In this document: positions 48,371 through 57,560 of the stretch, piece after piece
Layout of the letters: each line of letters opens with the position of its first letter
Position numbering within the stretch: the first letter of the stretch is position 1
NCBI GenBank assembly: GCA_035542015.1
Contig: DATKMF010000136.1
Span: forward strand, 89-64,088
From: Candidatus Cybelea sp.
GTDB taxonomy: Bacteria; Pseudomonadota; Alphaproteobacteria; Dongiales; Dongiaceae
Reading direction: 5' to 3'
DNA: 64,000 nt
Position numbers and translations under genes: made by a program
The notes under the pieces: model-generated
Told to the model about the DNA's origin: nothing
What the model saw: the letters and a program-made list of their open reading frames with translations, nothing else
The model's database searches: none

Positions 48371-49057
48371 TTATCCCAACTGGCTCGGCGCCGGTTCAAT
48401 TCCCGCTAAGGCCTGTTCGATCGCAGTCTCGATCGCCGCCCAGATCTCGGAGCCCTTGCGGATCAGCCCGCCTTGGCTCCATTCGATCCGGCAATCGCCC
48501 GGTTTCATCGCCTCGTCGCCATCGACCGCGATCCGGCCCTCATAACCGTGCGCCGCCAGCGCCTGGTTGACCATGTCGCGCACCGCTTCAACCTGGTCGT
48601 TCGCCACCTTCACCAGGAAGTGCGGTTCGGTCCGCAGACGGTCGAGGCTGCGGCCGAGCAGCCCTTCGATCTCGCCAAGTCCGTGCCGGCGTGCGAGCTC
48701 GGGGAAGAGCCGCCGCACCATGGCCAGGCTCAGCTGCAACGAAGTCTCGCTCAGTCCGTCGGCGATCGCCTTGGCCTCGCGCTCGGTGCCCGCGAGATGA
48801 TTGGCGATCGCAGAGAGCGCCGTCGCGGTCTGGCGCTCCGTCTGCGCGGTCGCCTCGGCGCGGCCCTTGGCGATGCCCTCCGCCAGCGCCGCTTTGCGCG
48901 CCTCCGCGACGGCCGCGGCCAGTTCCTCCTCGGAGAAGCTTGGCGGCGGCGGCGGCGGCGGAGGCAGCTCCTCGGCGACCGCAGGCTCCGCCGGCTTCGG
49001 CGCCGGTTTCGGCCGGTCGAAGTCGTTGTCGAAGGTGAATTTGCGTACCACGGCCAC
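48371..49057 (-). CDS. fliH: Flagellar assembly protein FliH
   Basis: KFTFD.DF, AxxxG repeats, GDCRIEW..GG; between fliG and fliN. Confidence 0.88.
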   Translation of the reverse strand: MAVVRKFTFDNDFDRPKPAPKPAEPAVAEELPPPPPPPPSFSEEELAAAVAEARKAALAEGIAKGRAEATAQTERQTATALSAIANHLAGTEREAKAIADGLSETSLQLSLAMVRRLFPELARRHGLGEIEGLLGRSLDRLRTEPHFLVKVANDQVEAVRDMVNQALAAHGYEGRIAVDGDEAMKPGDCRIEWSQGGLIRKGSEIWAAIETAIEQALAGIEPAPSQLG

Positions 49058-49076
49058 TGCGTTCGCCCACTTCGTC

Positions 49077-50093
49077 CTAATAGATCAGCTCGTCTTCGCC
49101 CTTCTTGTCGGTAAGGACGATCTCGCCCTTGGCGGCCAACTCCTTGGCCATCGTCACCATGGCCATCTGCGCCTCCTCGACGTCGCGCAGCCGGACCGGC
49201 CCCATCGCCGCCATGTCCTCCCTCAGCATCTTCGAGGCGCGCTCCGACATGTTGTTGAGGAAGAGGTCGCGCAGCGTCTCCGATGCACCCTTCAGGGCGA
49301 TCGGCAGCTTCGCCTTGTCCACGCTCCGCAGCAGCGTCTGCACGCCGCCCGGGTCGAGCTTGCCGAGGTCCTCGAAAGTGAACATCAGGGACTTCACCTT
49401 CTCGGCGGAGTCGCGGTTGCGTTCTTCGAGCGCCGTCATGAAGCGCTGCTCGGTGGAGCGGTCGAGATTGTTGAAGATCTCGGCGATCATCTCGTGTGCG
49501 TCGCGGCGGCTGGAGCGCGCCAGGTTGGAGAGGAACTCGTTGCGCAGCGTCCGCTCCACGTCCTCGAGCACGTCCTTCTGGATCGCCTCCATGCGGAGCA
49601 TGCGCATCACGACCTCCATGGCGAAGGCCTCAGGCAGCAGGGCCAGCACGCGGGAAGCGTGATCGGAGCGCACCTTCGAGAGCACGACGGCGACGGTCTG
49701 CGGGTATTCGTTCTTGAGATAGTTGGCGAGCACCGATTCGTTGACGTTGCTGAGCTTGTCCCACATGGTGCGGCCGGCGGGACCGCGGATCTCCTCCATG
49801 ATGGCATCGACCTTGCTCCTCTCGAGCACCTTCGACAGCAGCCGTTCGGTGGTCTCGAAAGTGCCGGTGAGCGCCCCGGTCGAAGAGATCTGGTCGGCGA
49901 ACTCGACGAACAGCCGCTCCAGCACCGTTGAGCTCACGGTGCCGAGGTTGGCCATGGTCTGCGAGATCTCCTTGATCTCGTCGTCGTGCATCAGCGCGAA
50001 GAGCTTGGCGGCGCTCTCCTCGCCGACCGACATCAAAAGCAGCGCCGCCTTCTGGGCCCCACTGATGGAACGAAAGTCGTCCTTGGCTCGCAT
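49077..50093 (-). CDS. fliG: Flagellar switch protein FliG
   Basis: QKAA.LL, EYPQT, MFTFED, NMSERA, GPVRL.DVE. Confidence 0.97.
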   Translation of the reverse strand: MRAKDDFRSISGAQKAALLLMSVGEESAAKLFALMHDDEIKEISQTMANLGTVSSTVLERLFVEFADQISSTGALTGTFETTERLLSKVLERSKVDAIMEEIRGPAGRTMWDKLSNVNESVLANYLKNEYPQTVAVVLSKVRSDHASRVLALLPEAFAMEVVMRMLRMEAIQKDVLEDVERTLRNEFLSNLARSSRRDAHEMIAEIFNNLDRSTEQRFMTALEERNRDSAEKVKSLMFTFEDLGKLDPGGVQTLLRSVDKAKLPIALKGASETLRDLFLNNMSERASKMLREDMAAMGPVRLRDVEEAQMAMVTMAKELAAKGEIVLTDKKGEDELIY

Positions 50094-50119
50094 ATGCCGC
50101 TATTCCCGTTTCCCGCCGC

Positions 50120-51805
50120 TCACTGATCCGCGTGCATCCAGACGCGCATGATGTTCACGGCCTGCTCCGGATGCTGGTCGACGAGGTCGCTGATCCGCTT
50201 CAGCGACGAGGCCCTCACTCTGCCCTCGACCTGGTTGATGTCGATCATCTGATCGATCTCCTGGGCCATGTTCTCCGCCTCGGCGATACCCTCGGCGGTG
50301 CCCGGCAGTGCCTGCGTGGAGCCCGGCGGGCCAGGAATCGCGAGCGCCGCTGCGGCGCCGGGCGGCAGCGCGGCAGCGGCGGGTCCGGCGATCGCCAGGC
50401 CCGGCTGCGCGACGCCCGGCAGCGCCAGCAGGCGATTGAGCAGCGGGCGCACCACCAGCAGCAGCACGAGCACCGCGATCGCCGAGAGCACCAGCAGCTC
50501 GGCGATCCGCATCAGGTCTTCCTTCTCGAGCCCGAGCAGCTGGAAGGGCGCCGGCCCAGTTTCCTCGGCCGGCGCGAATTGCATGTTGACGACCTGCACC
50601 ACGTCGCCGCGCTTCTCGTCAAAGCCGATCGCGGATTTGACCAAGGTCGCGATCTGGTCGAGCTCCTGCTGCGAGCGCGGTTGATAAACCGGCTTGCCGT
50701 TCGGGTCCGGCTGATAGGTGCCGTCGACCAGCACGGCGGCCGAGATCCGCTTCACCGTGCCGGTGTGCTTCACCTCGACCTGCGTCGTCTTGGAGATCTC
50801 GTAGTTGACGGTCTCCTCGTTGCGCTGCGTCTGCGACTGGCTGTTGGAGCCGCTGCCGCCCTGCTGGGCCGGAGGGTTCGGGATGTTGTTGGCGACCGAG
50901 ACCGAATTGTCCTGCTGCTTCTCGTTCGAATTGTCGTTTTCCTCGACCGTCTGGGTCGAGCGCACCACCTGTCCGTCGGGATTGAAGTTCTCGGTGTTGG
51001 TGGTCACCTGGTTGAAATCGAGATCGGCGTTGACCTCGGCGCGGATCTTGTCGCTGCCGATGGTCTGGGAGAGCAGATCCTCGATCGAGCGCGTCAGGCG
51101 GATCTCGTAGGAGCGCCGCATGTCTTCGACCGTGGCGTTGTCGTCGGCGCCGTCGCCCTCGGCGCCGCGCGCCAGGAGGTTGCCCTTGTTGTCGATGACC
51201 GAGACGTTGTTCGCCTTCATGCCCGGCACGGCCGAGGCGATGAGGTGCTGGATCGCGCTCACCTGCTCCTTGTCGAGCGGGCCGCCCTGCAGCACCAGCA
51301 CGACCGAGGCGGTGGGCTCGGCCTGGTCGCGCGAGAACAGCTCGCGTTTGGGCATCACCAGATGCACCCGCGCGGATTTCACCTGCTTCAGCGAGCGGAT
51401 GGTGCGCGCGAGCTCGCCTTCGAGCGCGCGGATCTGGTTGATCTGCTGCACGAAGTTGGTGGTGCCGAGCGCGTCGGCACGGTCGAAGATCTCGTAGCCG
51501 ATCGATCCGCCGGAGGGGATGCCCTCGCTGGCCAGCGAGAGCCGGAGCTTGGTCACCTGATCCTGCGGTACCAGGATCTCCGAACCGTCGCCCTTCAGCT
51601 GATAGGGAATGTTCTGGGTGTCGAGCCGCTGCACGATCGAGGCGGAGTCGGCCGGATCGAGTCCGCTGTAGAGCAGCCCATAGCCGGGCGAGGTGAGGCG
51701 GGCCACCACGAAGACGAAGAAGGCGATCAGCGCGAAGCCGACCGCCCCGATGCTCGCGAGGCGCAGGGGCCCCAGATTGCGCAAAGTCTGCAGCAGCGAG
51801 TTCAC
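50120..51805 (-). CDS. fliF: Flagellar MS-ring protein FliF
   Basis: GYEIFD, RALEGELARTI, ARVHLV.P, NYEIS, SAIGFD..RGD. Confidence 0.97.
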   Translation of the reverse strand: MNSLLQTLRNLGPLRLASIGAVGFALIAFFVFVVARLTSPGYGLLYSGLDPADSASIVQRLDTQNIPYQLKGDGSEILVPQDQVTKLRLSLASEGIPSGGSIGYEIFDRADALGTTNFVQQINQIRALEGELARTIRSLKQVKSARVHLVMPKRELFSRDQAEPTASVVLVLQGGPLDKEQVSAIQHLIASAVPGMKANNVSVIDNKGNLLARGAEGDGADDNATVEDMRRSYEIRLTRSIEDLLSQTIGSDKIRAEVNADLDFNQVTTNTENFNPDGQVVRSTQTVEENDNSNEKQQDNSVSVANNIPNPPAQQGGSGSNSQSQTQRNEETVNYEISKTTQVEVKHTGTVKRISAAVLVDGTYQPDPNGKPVYQPRSQQELDQIATLVKSAIGFDEKRGDVVQVVNMQFAPAEETGPAPFQLLGLEKEDLMRIAELLVLSAIAVLVLLLVVRPLLNRLLALPGVAQPGLAIAGPAAAALPPGAAAALAIPGPPGSTQALPGTAEGIAEAENMAQEIDQMIDINQVEGRVRASSLKRISDLVDQHPEQAVNIMRVWMHADQ

Positions 51806-51968
51806 GTTTACCCCATCCCTCGTTGCACGGCCGCGGGCGATGGACGCTCCCGTTCGGGCCGCTCAAATCCGTCGCAAATGCGCCGAAAACACCGATAAAA
51901 TTTTAGACGAATCTCGGTCTTCCAAACGCAGAGGCGCCGTTCACGAGGGCCAAACTAGACCCCACCCC

Positions 51969-52004
51969 CTAACAAAGCCTTAACACCGGGAAATTCTTGC
52001 CTAG
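51969..52004. promoter_or_regulatory. CtrA box with adjacent ftr-like (FlbD) site upstream of fliF
   Basis: CTAA-CAAAGCC-TTAAC (51969-51984); CCGGGAAATTCTTGCCTAG (GG.-N7-GCC pattern). Confidence 0.6.
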
Positions 52005-52035
52005 CGCCGAGTCGAGACGCTGAAGTGCGCGCCGA

Positions 52036-52377
52036 TCAGCCGGCCGCGGACTCGTCCGCGGGCGTGGGAGGAACGCCGCCCTGCTCCGAGGCGCGGTAGT
52101 CCTGGAGGCGCGTGGTGCGCAACCCGCGCAAGCCATGGCGGTCGATCGAGCGCTGCCAGGAGAGAAACTCTTCGACCGAGAGCGTGTAGCGCTGGCAGGC
52201 CTCGTCGAGGCTGAGGATGCCGTCGCGCACCGCCGCCACCACCTCCGCCTTGCGACGGATCACCCAGCGCTTGATGCCGGGCGGCGGCAGCTCGTCGATG
52301 CGGGCCAGATGCCGCTCGCCGACCCGGTTCTGGGCCGGATTGGGCGGCAACGGCGCTGGTGTCGAATTCGGCCTCAT
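52036..52377 (-). CDS. sciP: CtrA inhibitor SciP (DUF1153)
   Basis: LPPP..KRWVIRRKAEVVAAV..G.LSL.EAC.RY.LS.EEF.SW, HGL.GLR.TR.Q.YR; start uncertain. Confidence 0.93.
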   Translation of the reverse strand: MRPNSTPAPLPPNPAQNRVGERHLARIDELPPPGIKRWVIRRKAEVVAAVRDGILSLDEACQRYTLSVEEFLSWQRSIDRHGLRGLRTTRLQDYRASEQGGVPPTPADESAAG

Positions 52378-52428
52378 GCTCGATCCATGAAGGCGGTCCA
52401 CGCGGTGATTCAGCGGACAGGCTACGGT

Positions 52429-52457
52429 CCGCCGCTTAACAAAGTGCTAAGCGGCGG
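52429..52457. promoter_or_regulatory. CtrA box nested in a perfect 10-bp inverted repeat upstream of sciP
   Basis: CCGCCGCTTA-ACAAAGTGC-TAAGCGGCGG contains TTAA-N7-CTAA (52436-52450). Confidence 0.65.
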
Positions 52458-52502
52458 CCATCGGTATTTATCTAAAATTGTCGATATTCGGAGCCACGGA
52501 TT

Positions 52503-53330
52503 CTAGGCGGCGGGCGTCTGGCTGGAGCTGTCCGAGGCAGACGAGGAAGATGAAGATGAAAATGAAGATGAAGAGCTGGACGAGCTGCTGCTGGGCCGCG
52601 TGATACCGGTGACCTGGTCCAGCGGAATGGTGATATCGCCGATCTTGAGCGAGACCGTGCCGTCGCTGATCACGGCGGAATCGACCGTACCGTAGGTCGT
52701 GATCGGCGCGTCATAGGAGGTGCCGGCCGAATCCTGGTAGTTGACCGAGACCGTATAGGCTCCGTCCGGCAGCTGATTGCCGAAGTAATCGGTGCCGTCC
52801 CACTGCACCGGGTGGGTTCCGACCGTGGCGTCCACCTGCTTCAGCATCACCACATTGCCCGAGGCATCCATGATCTTCAACGTGGCGGCGCTGGAGGTGT
52901 GCTCGATCTTGTAGTCGAACTTGGCGCTCTTGTTCTGCAGGGCCAGCTGGTCGCTGTCGGCGGAGACCTGGGTTCCGACAAAGCCGACCGCGCCGTAGGC
53001 GTTGGCCGTCGATTGCAGGCCGATCAGCTGGTCCAGCTTCTTGTTGCCGTTGATCTGCTGCTCGACGCTGGAGAACTCCACCAGCTGCTGGGTGAACTGG
53101 GTCGTGTCCATGGGGGACAGCGGATCCTGGTTCTTCAGCTGTGTGGTCAGCAGGGTGAGGAAGTTGCTGTAGTCGCCGCTGAGGCTCGCCAGCGCATCCT
53201 GGCTCGAGCTCGAGGAGGAGCTCGACGAGCTGCTGCTGGAGCTGGAGCTCGCGCTGCTCGACTGCTGCTGCTGTTGCAGGATGTCGAAGACCGAGGTTCC
53301 GGTCCCGCTGGTGGCGCTGGTCGTGGTCAT
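52503..53330 (-). CDS. flgD: Hook capping protein FlgD with poly-Ser tracts
   Basis: FLTLLTTQLKNQDPLSPMD, FSSVEQ, WDG....G..LPDG.Y. Confidence 0.95.
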   Translation of the reverse strand: MTTTSATSGTGTSVFDILQQQQQSSSASSSSSSSSSSSSSSSSQDALASLSGDYSNFLTLLTTQLKNQDPLSPMDTTQFTQQLVEFSSVEQQINGNKKLDQLIGLQSTANAYGAVGFVGTQVSADSDQLALQNKSAKFDYKIEHTSSAATLKIMDASGNVVMLKQVDATVGTHPVQWDGTDYFGNQLPDGAYTVSVNYQDSAGTSYDAPITTYGTVDSAVISDGTVSLKIGDITIPLDQVTGITRPSSSSSSSSSSFSSSSSSSASDSSSQTPAA

Positions 53331-53348
53331 GGTTCGGCTCTCCGGAGC

Positions 53349-54998
53349 TCAGGTCTTCACATCGACATAGCCGTCGGCAGTGGCGATCACGTCCGGCCGC
53401 GCGGGCTGGCTCGCCGTCTCGGACCCGGCCGTGCCCGTGCCCCCCATGCCCGCCGATCCGCCGCCGCGCTCGGCCTGGCCATAGCCGCCGCCTTGACCTC
53501 CGGTGTCCCGGAGGCTGAAGGAGAGGCTGCCCTGGCCGGTCTGCAATCCGGCGTCTTGCAAGGCGCGTTCCAACGCCTTGGCGTCGCGCTGCAGGAGGTC
53601 GAGCGTCGCCGGCCGGTCGACCACGACCTGGGCGGAGACGTTCTTGTCCTTGTCGACCTCGAGCTTGATCTCGACCCGGCCGAGCTCGGCCGGTTGCAGG
53701 TCCACGGTGAGGCGGCTTGATCCGTTCTTCATGGCATTCTGGATCTGGACGGCGATCTGCTCATGCGCGGGCACGATCTGCAGGTTCTGCTTCAGCTGGG
53801 CGATGAAGGCGGCCTGGCGCGGGTTTGCGGCGGCCGCCAATCCGTCGGCCGAGCCCGATCCGAGATACTGCGACCAGGAGGAAAGCTCGTTGTTCCCGCC
53901 GCTCTCGGCCTGGTCGCCCAGCGTCAGGGCATCGACCACCGGAGTCCCGCTCCCGGCGCCGGGCCAAGCCGCGCCGCTGCCGGCATTGGCCGGCTGGACC
54001 GCGGTGGCGGCCAGCGTCTTGCCGACCTGGACGGAGGCGACGGCGGTCGGCGCCGTCGTCTGAGCCGAGGCACCGCGCGGCTTGGCGGCGCCCGGCGTTT
54101 GCGGCGCTTGCAACTGCGCCTCGCCCGCGGCCGGCCCGCCGGCTTGCATCGGATCGGGATCGGCTTCGGCCTGCGCATCGTCGCCGGCGCCGAGGCCGGC
54201 CGCATCCGGCAGCGAAGCGGCACGCTGGCCCTGCGCATTGCGACCGTCCGCCAGCACGGCGCCGAACTTGAGACCGCCGGCGGTATCGGGCGTCTGCTGC
54301 GCTTGTCCTGTTGCCGCGCCGGTCAGCGGCAAAGCGGTGGCGGCGAGTGCCGCCTGGGCGGCGATCAGCTTGGCATTCGCCGCCGCGGTGGCCGGGTCGG
54401 TGGCGGACGTTGCGGCATCGTCCGTCGGCAGCGCGACCGGCGTCAGCATCGGCGCCGCGACCGGCGTCGCGTCGCTGGTCTTGCCGTCGCAGGTCGCCTC
54501 GGTCTGTGCGGCGCCCTGCTGCTGCGCTTCCGAACCGTCGCCGGAGCCTGTCTGCGTCTGGGCCTCCTTCGAAGCGGCGGTGTCGCTGCCGCTGGACGCG
54601 GTCGTCGAACCAGCCGGCGCTGCGACTGCATTGTCCTTCGCCTTGTCGGACTCCTTAGCTGCGTTCCTGGCTTCAGCCGCGGCCGGCGGATTCGTCGCCG
54701 CCTTCGTCCGCGCCGGATCCGAGCGCGTGGCGACTGCTTGCGTGCCGGAGCTCGCGTCGCGCCGCTTCACCGTGCGCGGGGGTCGCGGCGCGGAGGAGTC
54801 ATTCTGCACTCGATCCTGGCTGGTCGAACGGCCGCTCTGGGGCGGCGGTGCGCCATCGGCTTCGTCCTTCCGCTTGGCAATCTGCTGATCCAGCATCTGC
54901 GCGAAGGCATCGCCGGCGTCGTTCTGGGCGGCGCCGGTGTTGCGGCCGTACGAACTGGCGGGTTGGGCGCTCAGGATGTCGAAGCGGATCTGATCCAT
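53349..54998 (-). CDS. fliK: Hook-length control protein FliK
   Basis: Low-complexity body plus LQPAELGRVEI...TLDLLQRD...LERALQDAGL. Confidence 0.92.
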   Translation of the reverse strand: MDQIRFDILSAQPASSYGRNTGAAQNDAGDAFAQMLDQQIAKRKDEADGAPPPQSGRSTSQDRVQNDSSAPRPPRTVKRRDASSGTQAVATRSDPARTKAATNPPAAAEARNAAKESDKAKDNAVAAPAGSTTASSGSDTAASKEAQTQTGSGDGSEAQQQGAAQTEATCDGKTSDATPVAAPMLTPVALPTDDAATSATDPATAAANAKLIAAQAALAATALPLTGAATGQAQQTPDTAGGLKFGAVLADGRNAQGQRAASLPDAAGLGAGDDAQAEADPDPMQAGGPAAGEAQLQAPQTPGAAKPRGASAQTTAPTAVASVQVGKTLAATAVQPANAGSGAAWPGAGSGTPVVDALTLGDQAESGGNNELSSWSQYLGSGSADGLAAAANPRQAAFIAQLKQNLQIVPAHEQIAVQIQNAMKNGSSRLTVDLQPAELGRVEIKLEVDKDKNVSAQVVVDRPATLDLLQRDAKALERALQDAGLQTGQGSLSFSLRDTGGQGGGYGQAERGGGSAGMGGTGTAGSETASQPARPDVIATADGYVDVKT

Positions 54999-55008
54999 GT
55001 GTTCTTGC

Positions 55009-57555
55009 TCAGGTGAGGAAATTCACCAGCGACAGCCGGCCCGTCGTGCCGACCACGCTGAACACGGCCTGCAGCTGAGTCTGGGCGCTCTCGATCTTGG
55101 CCGCGACCTCGTTCTGGTCGATGCCCTCGATCTTGCTGGTGCCGTCGGTGTTGACGTTGATCTGGGTCTGATGCGCGACCGTGGTCGCCGACATCAGCGT
55201 GTCGTTGACCGTGTTGTTGGCATGCAATGCGCGCAAGCCGTTGAGCGCCTCCGACATCAGCCCCTGCGCCTGCGTGATCTTGGCCTGATATTGGTCGGGA
55301 TCGGTCACCGCCGACTGCGCGATCCGCAGCGCCATGATCATCTTCTGCATCGCCGGCGCATTGGCCGAGAAGGTGTATTGGATGGTCAGCTGGTCGGCGA
55401 TGGTGATCGAAGACTGGTCCCAGGAAAGATCGGAATCGCCCGGCGCCTGGTGGACGTTGTAGGGGGTCGGCGTGGGGTCGGCCACCACCTGGGGCCGCGT
55501 CACACTCGCCTGCGTGTCGAGCGCCACGCCGCCGGTCGTGCCGGTGATGATGAGCTGGCCGCTGCCGACCGGGCCCGGCGTCGCAGTGACGCCCATCGGC
55601 GGGTTGGCGGCGTTGATCTGGGCCGCAAGCTGGATGACGACTGCATCCATGTCGGCTTCACTGCCGTTCGTGGTGTACCGCACGGTGCGGCCGTTGACCG
55701 AAACCTGGTAGACGTCGCCGACCCGGCCCGACGGGCCGGAGAGCTGCACCACGTCGGTCTGCGGCACGGCGCTGGCCGGGATGGCGGCGACCAGCGTGGT
55801 CATGGTCGGCTGCAGGCTCGGCTGGCCGACGTCGGTCGTCAGCTGTGCCGTGTAGTTCAGCACTTGCCCGGGCGTGTTCGAAGTGATCAGCAGCTTGCCG
55901 TCCTTGACCGCGGCGGTGACGCCGATCGCGGCGGCGTTGATCTGGCTGACGAACTTCGCGGCGATGTCGGCTTCCTTGTCGAAACTCGAGGTCGTCACGG
56001 TGAAGGGCCCGCCGGCCGGAGTGGTGAAGTTCAGGGTGTAGACGTCGCCGTTGTCGCCGTTGAGGCTGGGGAAGCCCACCTCGTCCTGCTGGGCGACCGC
56101 CACCACGGTGCGCTGCGTCGTCGTCACCGTCGCGGTGTTCTCGACGGCGGAATTCGAGGTGAAGGCGGTCGGGTTCGAAAGGCGCAGCTGGCCGTTGCCG
56201 ATATTGGCGGCAGCCACGGAGAAGGGCGGCTGGTAGGCGTTGATCTTGGCGATCAAGCCGTTCACCACGTCGTCCATGCTGGTTTCCTGGCCGGTGGTGC
56301 GATAGGTCAGCGTGACCGGCGAGGTATGCGCGGGCGGATCGGTGATGGTGATGCTGAACTCCTCGCCGATGGTGCCGATCGGCCCGGAGAAACTCGCGAC
56401 ATCGACCTGGTTGGCGCCGATCGGCACGTTGGCCTGCACCGTCGCGATGGTGGAGGGCGTGGGATCGGTGCCGGTGAGACTCGCGGTGAAGGCGGTGCCG
56501 GGCGTCGCCGACGTGAGGGTGAACCCGGTCGCGTCGATGTCGCTGACATTGACCACGCCGGCGAGAGCCGGAAGCGTCGCATAGTTGTTGGCGACCGCGT
56601 TCGCCACCTGCTGTGCGGTCATCGGCCCGGTCACGGTGAAGTTGTTGCCGTTGACGGTGAAGGTCTCGGTCTGCAGCGCGCCCAGGTCGTCCGCGGTCAC
56701 CCGCATCTGCTGCACGATGGTGCCGGCGGCCAGCTGCTGGGTGGTCGCCGTCGAGGCCGAATCCTTGCTGCCGGTCGGATCCGGCAGCTTGGTGAGGTCC
56801 ACGACCGGTGCGAGCGCGCTCGATGAGGTGCCGCCGAAGAGATAGCGGCCGTTGATCTGCTGGTTGAGCAGCGTCTGCACCGAAGTCAATGCACCGGTCA
56901 CCTCGCTGACGATCGGCGAGATCTTGCCGCCGCGGGTCAGCGTCGAGGTCATGGTGTTGGTCTTGCCACCGCTCACATCGACCACCGACGTCGTCACCTG
57001 GAAGTTCGGCCCCGGCTGGGTGCCGGTCAGCACCAGCTGGTCGCCGCCGGCTGAAGCCGTCACGTCGAGCGGCGGATTGTGGCTGTTGATCTGGTTGGCG
57101 AGATTGCCGGCGATCTCGTCGAAGCTGCCTTCGGTCCCGTTGGTCACGTAGGTGAAGAGCACGCCGTCGACCGAGAGCTTGTAGATGTCGCCGACATCGC
57201 CGAGGTCGCCGGTGAAGGCCACCGTGTTCTGCTGCTTGGTCGGCGGATCGGAATCCGGCGCGGTGAAGGCCTGCAGCATGTTGGAGGCGGTGGTCTCGAG
57301 CTGGCCGAAGATCTGGTCGTAGCTTTTGACGTCGGTCTCCGCCGCATTGATCGTGTCGATATAGCTCTGCCGTTTGGTCGCGTCGGCGCGAAGGTTCAGG
57401 AGATTCTGCCCGTCGGATCCGTAGGTGACGAGGTTGCTCGACTTCTTGCCGCTGGCGAGCTGCTGGGTCAGCGCGTCCAGCGAGGACTGCAGGTTCTTGA
57501 ACCCGTTCAGGTTCGAGAGATAGACCGCGTAGGTGGAGAAGGAATTGACGGCCAT
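55009..57555 (-). CDS. flgL: Hook-filament junction protein FlgL, enlarged (848 aa)
   Basis: QQLASGKK, LLNQQINGRYLFGG, C-terminal LSLVNFL; follows flgK. Confidence 0.85.
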   Translation of the reverse strand: MAVNSFSTYAVYLSNLNGFKNLQSSLDALTQQLASGKKSSNLVTYGSDGQNLLNLRADATKRQSYIDTINAAETDVKSYDQIFGQLETTASNMLQAFTAPDSDPPTKQQNTVAFTGDLGDVGDIYKLSVDGVLFTYVTNGTEGSFDEIAGNLANQINSHNPPLDVTASAGGDQLVLTGTQPGPNFQVTTSVVDVSGGKTNTMTSTLTRGGKISPIVSEVTGALTSVQTLLNQQINGRYLFGGTSSSALAPVVDLTKLPDPTGSKDSASTATTQQLAAGTIVQQMRVTADDLGALQTETFTVNGNNFTVTGPMTAQQVANAVANNYATLPALAGVVNVSDIDATGFTLTSATPGTAFTASLTGTDPTPSTIATVQANVPIGANQVDVASFSGPIGTIGEEFSITITDPPAHTSPVTLTYRTTGQETSMDDVVNGLIAKINAYQPPFSVAAANIGNGQLRLSNPTAFTSNSAVENTATVTTTQRTVVAVAQQDEVGFPSLNGDNGDVYTLNFTTPAGGPFTVTTSSFDKEADIAAKFVSQINAAAIGVTAAVKDGKLLITSNTPGQVLNYTAQLTTDVGQPSLQPTMTTLVAAIPASAVPQTDVVQLSGPSGRVGDVYQVSVNGRTVRYTTNGSEADMDAVVIQLAAQINAANPPMGVTATPGPVGSGQLIITGTTGGVALDTQASVTRPQVVADPTPTPYNVHQAPGDSDLSWDQSSITIADQLTIQYTFSANAPAMQKMIMALRIAQSAVTDPDQYQAKITQAQGLMSEALNGLRALHANNTVNDTLMSATTVAHQTQINVNTDGTSKIEGIDQNEVAAKIESAQTQLQAVFSVVGTTGRLSLVNFLT

Positions 57556-57560
57556 GATCG

